Assembly (NCBI GenBank): GCA_965660545.1
Contig: CBFIAF010000002.1
Coordinates: 14,335 to 78,334 of the forward strand
DNA from: Alphaproteobacteria bacterium
Lineage (GTDB): Bacteria > Pseudomonadota > Alphaproteobacteria > Bin95
DNA length: 64,000 nucleotides
Direction: 5' to 3'
Each line of letters starts with the position of its first letter. Within the stretch, counting starts at the first letter, position 1. The notes beneath the pieces were generated by a model. The model saw only the letters and a list, made by a program, of their open reading frames with translations, was not told where the DNA came from and did not search any database. A program made the translations under genes and the position numbers. Below are positions 1 through 9,734 of the stretch, piece by piece.

Positions 1-832
1 GGCAGCGGCGCGACTACTCACGCCGCGCGCAAGGCTCGTGTCGGGAAGTGAGGCCGTCGCCCTCTCCCCTGCCCTTAAGGCGGACTACATAGATACCGCT
101 TGCTACGATCCAGATGCAATGGACATTGACGTTGATGCCATGATGCAAGGCTATCTTGCAGGGGCCCGTCAGAATGGCGTTGAAGTATGGCTGGACGCTC
201 CGGTAAGGGGCCTCGCCCAACTCAATAGCGGTTGGCGGTTGGAGACAGCCAAAGGTCCAATCGACGCTGACATAATCGTCAATGCATCAGGTGCATGGGC
301 CAGCGCGATCGCCATAATGGCAGGCGCGCGGGCGATTAAAATTACACCGAAGAAACGGACGGCCTTTCTGGTGACTGCTCCGGAGATACCCGGCTTCGCC
401 AGTTCTGCAGCGACAATCGACGTGGACGAGCAGTTCTACTTCAAGCCGGATGCGGGTTTGGCGCTGCTCTCTCCCGCCGATGAAACGCCCATTGAACCTC
501 ACGATGCGTTCGCGGAAGAAATCGAGATCGCCATAGGTGCCGACCGCGTTCAGGCAGCGGCAAATATTCCGATCAACCACATCAATCATAGCCGCGCAGG
601 ATTACGTTGCTTCACAAACGATAAAACACCTGTCGTCGGCTTTGATGATGATGCGCCAGGATTCTTTTGGCTCGCAGGCCAAGGCGGCTATGGGATTCAG
701 ACGTCTCCTGCCATGAGCATGATCGCGGCTGCACTGATCAATGGCAAAAAAGCACCAGAGCAATTGCAGGATCGGGAGGGCCATCTCATGGCACTCAGCC
801 CGGCAAGGTTCATTGCCAATGAAGCTTGCTAA
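1..832 (+). CDS. FAD-dependent oxidoreductase (DAO/glycine oxidase-like family), C-terminal part; the 5' end lies outside the window
   Basis: ORF 38..832 reads through the window start. The C-terminal region has the DAO-family layout (…FKPDAGLALLSPADETP… GFDDDAPGFFWLAGQGGYGIQTSPAMS), which is a typical substrate/FAD C-terminal motif. Confidence 0.55.
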   Translation, partial: AAARLLTPRARLVSGSEAVALSPALKADYIDTACYDPDAMDIDVDAMMQGYLAGARQNGVEVWLDAPVRGLAQLNSGWRLETAKGPIDADIIVNASGAWASAIAIMAGARAIKITPKKRTAFLVTAPEIPGFASSAATIDVDEQFYFKPDAGLALLSPADETPIEPHDAFAEEIEIAIGADRVQAAANIPINHINHSRAGLRCFTNDKTPVVGFDDDAPGFFWLAGQGGYGIQTSPAMSMIAAALINGKKAPEQLQDREGHLMALSPARFIANEAC

Positions 833-1220
833 AAGCTTCAAGACGTCGACGGTCTGTCACCGGTTCACGTACCCGATCGGCGTACCCGCCGCCAATACCA
901 AAAATAATTTCTCCGTCCGACGTGATAGCGAAAAGCAGTTCAATAAAAGTCTCAAGTCCATGGAACTGGACAATAATGTATGCTCTCATAGCAAATGCAT
1001 TCACCGCCGGGATAATATTATTCAAGAAACAGCCATGGTCCATCCGCTGCTCACGAGGGGCATTGCGATCAATCGTGCACAGCAAACGGACAGGCGCTTC
1101 ATAAAGACGCAACCCAACGTGGCTGAGGTCACCATCATCAGTGCGGGTCGCCCGGACATCCCGTGCCCAAAGTGTCGACGCTTCTGCCGCGCGGCTTATA
1201 CCAACCGCCGTGATGTTCAC
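810..1220 (-). CDS. Hypothetical protein; strand assignment uncertain (a + strand ORF 741..1439 overlaps it)
   Basis: Only a 136-aa ORF in a 650-bp lower-GC spacer. No recognisable motifs. Confidence 0.15.
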   Translation of the reverse strand: MNITAVGISRAAEASTLWARDVRATRTDDGDLSHVGLRLYEAPVRLLCTIDRNAPREQRMDHGCFLNNIIPAVNAFAMRAYIIVQFHGLETFIELLFAITSDGEIIFGIGGGYADRVREPVTDRRRLEAFSKLHWQ

Positions 1221-1483
1221 AACATTGACGAGTGCATCTTCAGCAAATACCTGGACGCGCCCAGTTTGATTATTGCGAATGCCCGGCGTCCGACAAGCAT
1301 TCTTAAGACTGCTCTTAATCTACGACCTTGTCGGAGAACATTCGCTGAAAAATCTGACAGTCCTCCGCGTGGCTATGGCGTCCAATACAAGCATTATGCA
1401 GCATTAACCGTGTGCACAAGTCGGATTATTGGGCAATAACCGGCACGTATCCGAAATCAATTACACCATGAAAGGTTATCGCG

Positions 1484-2119
1484 ATGAGCGTGAAGGCAAT
1501 ATTATGGGACTTCGGCGGTGTGATAACAGCAAGCCCATTTGAAGGGTTTGCCCGTTATGAGAAAGCGGAAAATCTGCCTAAAGGTTTCATTCGCAAGGTT
1601 AACAGCATCAACCCGGACGCCAATGCCTGGGCTCGCTTTGAGAGAAGCGAAATTGACCGCAATGGTTTTATTGCCGCCTTTGAGGAAGAGGCAATAGCGC
1701 TGGGGCAGACAGTGTCAGGAGAAGCAATATTGGCAGGCCTGATGGGTGCGCCGCGACCAATAATGGTGCGGGCTCTCGAACGCGTTAAAGAAACCTTTCC
1801 AATCGCCTGCCTCACGAACAATGTCGCGCGGATGCCGCGCCCTCCAGAACAAGAAGCGGAAATTGGGCGAATCATGGGCCTATTCAGCCATGTGATCGAA
1901 TCCAGCAAGATTGGCAGCCGAAAGCCTGAAAAGCGCTTTTACCAGTATGCGCTTGAAGTGGTTGGTGTCGATGCACGCGAAGCCGTGTTCCTGGATGATC
2001 TCGGCGTAAACCTGAAATCCGCCCGCGAAATGGGTATGGCCACGATCAAAGTCGTTGAGCCAAAGAAAGCTCTTAAGGACCTTGGTCGGATCATCGACAT
2101 GGACCTTACTGCTGATTAG
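1484..2119 (+). CDS. HAD-superfamily hydrolase
   Basis: The N-terminus LWDFGGV is a DxG-type HAD motif I. A C-terminal FLDDLGVNLK motif III-like element is present. Length 211 aa. Confidence 0.7.
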   Translation: MSVKAILWDFGGVITASPFEGFARYEKAENLPKGFIRKVNSINPDANAWARFERSEIDRNGFIAAFEEEAIALGQTVSGEAILAGLMGAPRPIMVRALERVKETFPIACLTNNVARMPRPPEQEAEIGRIMGLFSHVIESSKIGSRKPEKRFYQYALEVVGVDAREAVFLDDLGVNLKSAREMGMATIKVVEPKKALKDLGRIIDMDLTAD

Positions 2120-2199
2120 TGCCCGCCGTCACAGCTTGACGAATGACTACGACGAGCCATTATCGACCTTAGATTTCCCAGATCTAGGATTCTGCCGCG

Positions 2200-3372
2200 A
2201 TGGACAACAATACTACCATTACCCCAGTTACCGCTGACGATGAACAGCAAATTCTTGATGCGATCGATAAATTTTTAGAACGCGATGTCCGTCCCTATGT
2301 CATGGATATCGAGCATACGGATGAATATCCGACAGATATGGTCGAGGGTATGAAAGCGCTCGGCTTATTTGGAGCAATCATACCGCAGGAATATGGTGGC
2401 CTCGGTCTGCCAACTACAACATACGCCCGAATTGTCGAGAGGGTCTCTGAAGCATGGATGTCGCTTTCTGGCATCTTTAATTCGCACTTGATCATGTGTT
2501 CAGCCGTTATTCGCCATGGCACCGAAGATCAGAAGCGTGAATGGCTACCAAAGCTGGCGACTGGTTCAATCCGCGGCGGCTTAGCGTTGACTGAGCCCAA
2601 TTGCGGTACCGACCTGCAAGCAATCCGTATGACGGCTAAACGCGATGGCGATGATTATATTGTTAACGGCACCAAGACTTGGATATCAAACGGCATTCAC
2701 GGCACGCTCTTCGCACTTCTTGTAAAAACTGACCCAAACGCCAGTCCTCGCCACGCTGGTACTAGTTTATTTTTGGCTGAAAAAGGCCCAGGCTTCACTG
2801 TATCCCGCAAGCTAGAGAAGCTTGGCTATAAAGGTATCGATTCCGCTGAGTTGCTGTTTGAAGATTTCCGCATTCCAGCAGACCGACTGATCGGACTGGA
2901 AGAAGGAATAGGCCTTCGCCATGCCCTTGGCGGACTGGAACTCGGGCGTATCAACGTAGCGGCACGCGGCGTCGGCGTTGCATCTGCTGCGATGAAGGAG
3001 GCCGTTAAATACAGTCAGCAAAGGGAAACTTTCGGCCAGCCAATCTGCGAACACCAGTCCATTCAGATCAAGCTAGCGGATATGGCGACACAGGTCGAAG
3101 CAGCACGTCACCTAACGATGGCGGCAGCAAAGGCATTTGATAGGGGCGAGCGATGCGACATGGAAGCAGGTATGGCCAAACTCTTCGCCACAGAGGCTGC
3201 AGTTTATAACTCCATGGAGGCCATGCGCGTCCACGGTGGCTACGGGTACTCCAAAGAATTCCCGGTTGAACGCTTTTACCGGGATGCGCCATTGCTTGTG
3301 ATAGGCGAAGGCACGAACGAACTGCAAAAGATTCTCATCGCGCGCCAGCTTATTGAACGGAACCCCGCCTAA
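2200..3372 (+). CDS. Acyl-CoA dehydrogenase
   Basis: The sequence is ACAD-family throughout (…GGLGL…, YGGYGYSKEFPVERFYRDAPLLVIGEGTNELQ C-terminal signature). Confidence 0.85.
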   Translation: MDNNTTITPVTADDEQQILDAIDKFLERDVRPYVMDIEHTDEYPTDMVEGMKALGLFGAIIPQEYGGLGLPTTTYARIVERVSEAWMSLSGIFNSHLIMCSAVIRHGTEDQKREWLPKLATGSIRGGLALTEPNCGTDLQAIRMTAKRDGDDYIVNGTKTWISNGIHGTLFALLVKTDPNASPRHAGTSLFLAEKGPGFTVSRKLEKLGYKGIDSAELLFEDFRIPADRLIGLEEGIGLRHALGGLELGRINVAARGVGVASAAMKEAVKYSQQRETFGQPICEHQSIQIKLADMATQVEAARHLTMAAAKAFDRGERCDMEAGMAKLFATEAAVYNSMEAMRVHGGYGYSKEFPVERFYRDAPLLVIGEGTNELQKILIARQLIERNPA

Positions 3373-4569
3373 ATGCAGCGCCCCCTGGAAGGCATTCGCA
3401 TTATCGCCATTGAACAATATGGCGCTGGGCCGCACGGGACAATGCAATTGGCGGACTTAGGCGCTGAGGTCATCAAGGTAGAGAATGCAGGCGATGGCGG
3501 CGACGTCGGGCGCCATGTTCGCCATCCGAATGAGGCCTTGCCAAAAGGCGACAGCCTGTTTTTCCAGTCATTTAATCGTAACAAGCGCTCCATTAAGCTC
3601 AATTTGAAATCGATTGGCGGGCAAGAAATCTTACGCAAATTGGCCGCGGGCGCAGAGGGTGTTTTCAACAATTTACGCGGCGACTTACCTGATAAAATGG
3701 GATTGACGTATGATGACCTGAAATCCGTCAATCCTCAAATCGTTTGCGTTCATTTATCTGCTTATGGACGAGGCAATGATCGTGCAGCATGGCCCGGCTA
3801 CGACTATTTGATGCAGGCAGAATGCGGCTATCTGTCCGTTACGGGAGAAAAAGGCGGCCCGCCCTCACGCATGGGTTTGTCTATCGTAGATTTATCGGCT
3901 GGTGTTCAAGCCGCCCTTGCGCTGGCGTCCGGCATATTGGGCGCCCGCGCAAGTGGCCAGGGCGGCGATTATGATGTCAGCCTCTATGATACGGCCATGA
4001 CCAATCTATGCTACGTCAGCGCCTGGCATATGAGCCTTGGCGAGACGGTTGGGCGTGAAAAGCGATCCGCTCACCCCAATCTCGTTCCCAGCCAGCTATA
4101 CAAAACAAAAGACGGCTGGATTTTTCTGATGTGCAACAAGCAAAAATTCTGGCCGATCCTGTGCCATAAAGTTGATCGCCCTGAATGGGTTACGGACGAC
4201 AGGTTTAAGGACTTCCAGGCACGCCTCGCCCAGCGGGATCTCATTACAGATATTCTGGACGAGGCGCTTTCTGAAAAGACGACCGATGAGTGGATGGCAG
4301 TTTTCGAAGGCTTTGTTCCAAGCGCACCCGTCTATGATGTAGGGCAGGCGCTTGACAGTACATTTACACAATCAACCGGCCAAATTGTGGATCTGGCGAC
4401 GCCGTCCGGAATGAATGTACGCACCGTTGGGCCTGCAATCCGCCAACCAGGCGTTCCGCCGAGAGCGGAAGCCGCGCCAGCCATGGCCGCTGATCAACGG
4501 GACATTTTGACGAGCCTTGGCTACACCGACGCCGACATCGGTGCCATGGAAGCCGCGGGCTCTCTGTAG
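3373..4569 (+). CDS. CoA-transferase family III (CaiB/BaiF) protein
   Basis: The N-terminus LEGIRIIAIEQYGAGPHGTMQLADLGAEVIKVE is the canonical CaiB/BaiF start. It abuts the acyl-CoA dehydrogenase stop (TAAATG). Confidence 0.8.
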   Translation: MQRPLEGIRIIAIEQYGAGPHGTMQLADLGAEVIKVENAGDGGDVGRHVRHPNEALPKGDSLFFQSFNRNKRSIKLNLKSIGGQEILRKLAAGAEGVFNNLRGDLPDKMGLTYDDLKSVNPQIVCVHLSAYGRGNDRAAWPGYDYLMQAECGYLSVTGEKGGPPSRMGLSIVDLSAGVQAALALASGILGARASGQGGDYDVSLYDTAMTNLCYVSAWHMSLGETVGREKRSAHPNLVPSQLYKTKDGWIFLMCNKQKFWPILCHKVDRPEWVTDDRFKDFQARLAQRDLITDILDEALSEKTTDEWMAVFEGFVPSAPVYDVGQALDSTFTQSTGQIVDLATPSGMNVRTVGPAIRQPGVPPRAEAAPAMAADQRDILTSLGYTDADIGAMEAAGSL

Positions 4570-4750
4570 TCCACAGCGAGCCCAGGCCTTAGCAGGTCCC
4601 AATATGAAAATTCGGTGAAAGCGTCACGACCGCCCCTCCTGGCGAGTTCTCATTCAATGATAATGTATGTAATAACATTTTGCATTGATCAGAACCCGTA
4701 GTCCGGATTATGATATCCAGTCCTCATAATTTTCTGCGACCGTTCGATAA

Positions 4751-4987
4751 GGTTATTGCACGCCTCGCCGCAAAAGGGGCGATGGTGTGGTCATAGGATT
4801 TGAAGCCGCGGTTCGAGAGCCAGTTATCGCGGATATATTACTAAGCTTTTTTCCAACGGTTGCGCGTGATACAGAACGCCTACGATTTACGCCAGGCTCA
4901 ATGCATGATGATCGCATGATCGAAGAGCTTATTACGGCGTTGCAACACGTCTGGAAAACTCTCGACCTTCCGCGCAAACGCCACTAA
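4751..4987 (+). pseudogene. Relic C-terminus of a class-II aminotransferase (ALAS/AONS/KBL family). Only about 75 codons remain, opened by a GTG and lacking an N-terminal body.
   Basis: The translation …PVIADILLSFFPTVARDTERLRFTPGSMHDDRMIEELITALQHVWKTL matches the conserved C-terminal PTVPRGTERLRITP..H..IDxL..AL motif of 5-aminolevulinate synthase/AONS-type enzymes. A stop lies immediately upstream. An AT-rich stretch precedes it. Confidence 0.5.
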
Positions 4988-4997
4988 GTTTCACCTG

Positions 4998-6044
4998 ATG
5001 TATAATCACCTCTATAGGCGGATTTATCGCCATATTGCTGAGATGACATGGGGCGCTTTGCTGTGCATCGGCATCGGTCATTTCTTAAGCTCTTGGCTAA
5101 TGGCGATAGTGTTCGAGCCAGATGGCATCAGTGCGCCGGACGTGTTCTGGTACTATTATCTAGTGACGGCTACGACGGTTGGCTACGGCGATTTCGCACC
5201 TGCCACCGCTTATGGTAGGGCTGTCGCTGTGCTTTGGATCATGCCTGGCGCCATTGCCCTTTTCACAACTGCCATCGCCAAAGCCGCCCAGGCAATGGTC
5301 GAAAAATGGCGCCGCACGCTAAGCGGCCGGGGAAACTACCACATGCTACAGGATCATATTGTTATTATCGGCTGGCGCGGTGAGCGCACCGAACGGCTGA
5401 TAGATCAGTTGACGGATGTTAGCTCTGGCGAAGCGCCGGTAATCGTCCTGATTAGCTCAACCGTCTCGCAAAACCCGTTACCAGATGTCGCCCGATTTGT
5501 GCGTGCAGAGAACACGAGCGACGCCGATGCGTATGAGCGCGCCGGGATGGCCCAAGCGAACGCCGTGATCGTCATGGAGAATACTGACCCAGACGCCCTC
5601 GCTATTTCCCTCGCTGCGGCAGCGGCAGCGCCAAACGTGCGCCTCGTAGTCTATTTTGAGGATGAGCGCATGGCCACGCTACTGAAGACTCACTGCCCTG
5701 GTGCAGAAACAGCACCATCCCTCTCAACTGAAATCTTAGCACGAACAGCCCGTGATCCAGGCTCCGCTGAGCTTTTCACAATGTTGGCCTCCAGCACTGC
5801 TGGCCCCACTGAATTCAGCATGGTCGTGCCTAACGGCGCGCCGTCACTTTCGTATTCAGCAGTCCTTGCTTCGTTGAAAGGAAAGCACGAGGCAACGCTG
5901 CTCGGAATGCGTTCGCCTCACACCATGACCCCACTATTGAACGCGCCTGGAATGGCTACAGTTAGGCCCGGCGATCAACTCTATTATATTTCAATGACGC
6001 GTATTGATGCGGATGCCATTGATTGGGATGCACTCACCGCCTGA
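4998..6044 (+). CDS. Potassium channel protein (two-TM pore with C-terminal RCK/TrkA-like domain)
   Basis: It carries the selectivity-filter signature TATTVGYGD, flanked by hydrophobic helices. A soluble C-terminal domain begins …IVIIGWRGERTERL…. Confidence 0.7.
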   Translation: MYNHLYRRIYRHIAEMTWGALLCIGIGHFLSSWLMAIVFEPDGISAPDVFWYYYLVTATTVGYGDFAPATAYGRAVAVLWIMPGAIALFTTAIAKAAQAMVEKWRRTLSGRGNYHMLQDHIVIIGWRGERTERLIDQLTDVSSGEAPVIVLISSTVSQNPLPDVARFVRAENTSDADAYERAGMAQANAVIVMENTDPDALAISLAAAAAAPNVRLVVYFEDERMATLLKTHCPGAETAPSLSTEILARTARDPGSAELFTMLASSTAGPTEFSMVVPNGAPSLSYSAVLASLKGKHEATLLGMRSPHTMTPLLNAPGMATVRPGDQLYYISMTRIDADAIDWDALTA

Positions 6045-6103
6045 CGCGCAGCCAATGTTCGTCTAAGCTTTCCCGACTGACACCCTTGGGAGGCCTATTC
6101 GAT

Positions 6104-7666
6104 ATGCTGCATACGCCCGAAACGTTCGCCATTGGAAAACCCGTTGTCCGGTCTGCCGGCGGGATTGTTTCGGCCCAGCATTGGGAGGCCGCAGTTGCAG
6201 GCGCTGCAGTGCTGCGCGAAGGCGGTAACGCAATAGACGCAGCCATTGCGACAGCGCTTGCCATTGGCGGCGTCGAGCCATGGATGAGCGGCATTGGTGG
6301 CGGCGGATACATGCTGGTGGGGCTGGTAGAAGAAAAGAAGGTGTATTGCGTAGACTACGGCATGGTCGCACCGAAAGCGCTTGATCCAGGCCGCTATGCA
6401 TTGGCCAATGATGGCAAAGCGCCAGAAGACTTTACGTTCGTCTGGCCGCGTGTGGTCGATGACCGCAATATTCTCGGCCCAGAGGCCGTTGGCATGCCAG
6501 GCTCCGTCGCTGGGTTCGCCGCTGCTCTTGAAAGATTCGGTACACTGAGCTGGCAGGAAATCATGCAGCCTGCAATTTCTCTGGCCGATAAAGGTATGCC
6601 AACGGACTGGTATCAAACCCTGCAGATCGCCTATGGCGCAGCAGCGGGGCTCGGGAAGTTTCCTGAAAGTGCGAAGACCTACCTACCCAACGGTGTGCCG
6701 CCTGTCTCACTGTCCAGCCACGCACCAAAACGCATTCAGCTAGGCAATCTGCCGCAAACGCTGCGCCGACTATCTGATGCCGGGCCGCAAGATTTCTATA
6801 CTGGAAAGCTAGCGGAGCAAGTATTGGAAGACCTTGACGCATCCGCTTTCACTGCGGAGGATTTTACGAACTACAAAGCCCAGATCGCAGAAGCGCCGGG
6901 CATCCCTTATCGCGGGAAAATGGTGCATCTAGCTGCTGGCCTGAGTGGCGGGCCGACATTTGCGCGCGCGCTCAAGGCCATTGAGAAGACGATCGACCCG
7001 GGCAAGACCATTTGCGCCGAGACCTACGTCGCTTGGGCCGACGCATTACAAGAATCCTATGCTTATCGGTTCGATACCCTTGGTCATAACGCAAAAGCTG
7101 ATGAACTGGCATGCACCACCCATATTTCCGTCGTTGATGCCGCTGGGAACATGGCCGCGCTAACGAATACTTTACTGGAGCGTTTTGGGTCCCGTTATAT
7201 GGGGCCAGAAACAGGAATTTTGTTTAACAATGGTCTAATGTGGTTTGATCCAACCCAGGGCAAGCCAAACTCCATCGCTGCAGGTGCAAAGCCGCTATCA
7301 AACATGTGCCCCACAATCGTGACCGACGGCGGCATGCCAGAGTTCGCTTGTGGAGCCTCCGGCGGGCGGCGAATTGTGCCTGCCTGCTTGCAGATGACAT
7401 CCATGGCCGTCGACTATGGCATGGACCTCGAGGCAATCTATGAAACACCGCGAATTGACGTCTCTGGCGTAGACAATGTTATCTCTGACGTACGCTTGCC
7501 AGAAAGCGTAAATGACGCGCTGAGTGCTAAGCATGAGGTTGTCCGCAGCTTTCAATCAGTAGGCATGCGGCCGTTTGCTAACCCGCAAGCTGTCATGCGC
7601 CGAAATGGGGAGAATTCAGCCGCCGCGGTAGCAGAAATGGCGACATCAGCCGCCGTTCCGGCATAA
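6104..7666 (+). CDS. ggt: Gamma-glutamyltransferase family protein (paralog 1)
   Basis: The catalytic-Thr autoprocessing motif TTHISVVDAAGNMAALTNTL is present, with GGT-family layout. The start is chosen at ATG 6104, preceded by GGAGG, rather than at 6023, which overlaps the previous gene. Confidence 0.85.
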   Translation: MLHTPETFAIGKPVVRSAGGIVSAQHWEAAVAGAAVLREGGNAIDAAIATALAIGGVEPWMSGIGGGGYMLVGLVEEKKVYCVDYGMVAPKALDPGRYALANDGKAPEDFTFVWPRVVDDRNILGPEAVGMPGSVAGFAAALERFGTLSWQEIMQPAISLADKGMPTDWYQTLQIAYGAAAGLGKFPESAKTYLPNGVPPVSLSSHAPKRIQLGNLPQTLRRLSDAGPQDFYTGKLAEQVLEDLDASAFTAEDFTNYKAQIAEAPGIPYRGKMVHLAAGLSGGPTFARALKAIEKTIDPGKTICAETYVAWADALQESYAYRFDTLGHNAKADELACTTHISVVDAAGNMAALTNTLLERFGSRYMGPETGILFNNGLMWFDPTQGKPNSIAAGAKPLSNMCPTIVTDGGMPEFACGASGGRRIVPACLQMTSMAVDYGMDLEAIYETPRIDVSGVDNVISDVRLPESVNDALSAKHEVVRSFQSVGMRPFANPQAVMRRNGENSAAAVAEMATSAAVPA

Positions 7667-7670
7667 TCTC

Positions 7671-9044
7671 ATGGCAAAGCTCACAGCTAATCCGCAAGAT
7701 ATGCGCGTGCAGGACCCAGGCGTTCGTGCGCTCTTCAACATCGAGAACCGCTGGCAAGCTTGGATGGACGTCGAAGTTGCTCTCGCTGCTACACAGGCAG
7801 ACATGGGCATTATTCCTGAAGCTGCTGCTACGGAGATCGCCGCGAAGGCTGATTTCTCAAAGTTTGACCAGGAACGATTGGCAGAAGGTTTTCTTACCAG
7901 CGGACATACCCTGACGCCTTTGGTATGGGAGCTTTCCAGGCTGTGTGACGGCGACGCAGGCGGCTTTGTGCATTGGGGTGCGACAACACAAAACATAGTA
8001 CAAACGGGCGATCTGCTGGTCCTCCGCGCAGTGCATCGCATCCTGCTCAGCCAATTTGCTTACGTGCTTGAAACCATGGCTAAGCTCGCCGAAACCCATG
8101 CCAATAGCGCTATGCCAGCCCGCACCCATGGCCAACATGCCGTTCCAACGACATTCGGCGGCAAGGTTGCTGTATGGCTGGATGAAATCGGCCGAAACGC
8201 AGATCGCCTGATTGCTTCTGAGCCACGTATCTTCCGCGCAATGTTGGGCGGTGCAGCAGGAACAATGGCGTCGTTCGCAGAAGATGGGTTTGAACTGCAA
8301 GATCGCTTTGCTGCAAAGATGGGCATGACCGCTATGGCCGTTCCGAGCAGGGCCGAGGGTGATCATCTATCGGAATATGTCCTGCTATTGGCTTTGAACG
8401 CAGCCACGACAGCAAAAATCGCTCGTGAAATCTACACGCTTCAAAAACAGGAATTTGGTGAGCTGGAGGAACCAACGCCGCCAGGGTCCGTTGGCTCGAG
8501 CACCATGCCACAGAAGCGTAACCCTTTCATGGCGCAGGATATCATCGCCCTTGCTAGCGATATCCGCATGCAGGCACCGTTGGCCCTTGAAGCAATGCAA
8601 ACGGAGCACGAAGCAGACAGGGCGACATCGCTTCAAATTCGTCAGGCGACTGAACGGTCTTGTATTGCAACAGGTGACATGCTTGCGCGGCTCAATATCA
8701 TTTTGAGCGGTTTGACCGTGAAGCCTGAACGAATGCGCAAAAACCTTGATCTGACGGATGGTCTGATAATGGGCGAACCTGTGATGCTGGCTTTAGGCGC
8801 TAAGATCGGCCGCCAAGAAGCCCATGACGTCGTATACGATGCAGCCCAGGCTGCTGCCACAGGCGATCAATCATTCCTGGCGCTGTTACAAGCGGATGAA
8901 CGCGTTTCAAGCAGGCTCAGCCCTGAGGACATCAAGACCCTTCTGGACCCGATGGCTTATGTCGGCCAGGCCCCCGAAATGGCGCGCCGTGCGGCAATGG
9001 TTGGGCGGGCGAAAGCGGCGGCATTACGGAGCTCAGTCTTCTGA
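7671..9044 (+). CDS. Class-II fumarase/aspartase-family lyase (adenylosuccinate-lyase / 3-carboxymuconate-cycloisomerase-like)
   Basis: It contains the fumarate-lyase signature GSSTMPQKRNPF. Length is 457 aa. The N-terminus resembles the PcaB/ASL family. Confidence 0.65.
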   Translation: MAKLTANPQDMRVQDPGVRALFNIENRWQAWMDVEVALAATQADMGIIPEAAATEIAAKADFSKFDQERLAEGFLTSGHTLTPLVWELSRLCDGDAGGFVHWGATTQNIVQTGDLLVLRAVHRILLSQFAYVLETMAKLAETHANSAMPARTHGQHAVPTTFGGKVAVWLDEIGRNADRLIASEPRIFRAMLGGAAGTMASFAEDGFELQDRFAAKMGMTAMAVPSRAEGDHLSEYVLLLALNAATTAKIAREIYTLQKQEFGELEEPTPPGSVGSSTMPQKRNPFMAQDIIALASDIRMQAPLALEAMQTEHEADRATSLQIRQATERSCIATGDMLARLNIILSGLTVKPERMRKNLDLTDGLIMGEPVMLALGAKIGRQEAHDVVYDAAQAAATGDQSFLALLQADERVSSRLSPEDIKTLLDPMAYVGQAPEMARRAAMVGRAKAAALRSSVF

Positions 9045-9445
9045 TTCGAAGCCAAGAGCGACCCAGTTCCGTCTTCTTCAGACAAGTCACCGATGGGGAA
9101 AATTGCCAGAACGCCACCGCCAATATAATTGAGAACTTCAACGCCAACATCGAGCAAAGCGCCGGGTGCGCACGCAAGATAGCGGTTCAACAAACACATG
9201 TATGCCGCTGTTGGAAGCCGATCTGCGAGGGCACGCGAAGCACGCAAGTCTGAATAAAGAATCACAGAATGGATAGTCTGTCCGTCCCCATGCTGAATAT
9301 TTTCTCTCAGCACCTGAGCCCTGGCTGTTGGCCCCAAATAAGCTGAGACGATATTGGTTGCGTTCTGGTTCTTGATCGCCATTTTGGCGGCAAGGCCTGA
9401 GCACTGCTTAACGCGAAACAACGCCACAATATCATCAACCCACAA
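8957..9445 (-). CDS. Class-III adenylate/guanylate cyclase domain protein; possibly truncated, as an out-of-frame ORF (9435..9629) lies upstream
   Basis: VILYSDLRASRALADRLP…LLNRYL…GGGVLAIFPIGD matches the cyclase-homology-domain pattern (FADIVGFT … LNEYF … GDGVMAVFG). Confidence 0.4.
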   Translation of the reverse strand: MWVDDIVALFRVKQCSGLAAKMAIKNQNATNIVSAYLGPTARAQVLRENIQHGDGQTIHSVILYSDLRASRALADRLPTAAYMCLLNRYLACAPGALLDVGVEVLNYIGGGVLAIFPIGDLSEEDGTGSLLASNQKTELRNAAAFARPTIAARRAISGAWPT

Positions 9446-9734
9446 AGCTTTCAGCGTGCCGTCTTGTCCAGGATGTTACAATACCGTTACCTCGAACAGT
9501 TTCATCGCTTGGCCTATCATCGAACTTGACCATTAGGGCTATACAACCTGTATACCCTTCAGCTTCTAGGGCTTCCAAAACCGAGAAATCAATCCAAACG
9601 GCAAGCCCGCTGCAAGCAAGCGCACACACGCACCTTCGAAAAGCCTATCCGTTAGGAAATCCGCAAAAGCGGGTTCGTAATCCAATTAGCAGTGCTGCCC
9701 ATAAGGGCAGATGAAAACTCGATGCTGTCGTTGC

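Noticed and set aside
741-1439. 232-aa ORF on the plus strand starting inside the 5' partial oxidoreductase gene
   Set aside because: It begins about 90 bp inside the preceding gene in another frame and has no recognisable domain. The opposite-strand ORF is equally weak, so neither is asserted beyond low confidence.
6023-6103. Upstream ATG for the first GGT gene
   Set aside because: It overlaps the K+ channel gene end. The downstream ATG at 6104 has a GGAGG ribosome-binding site and begins the conserved region.
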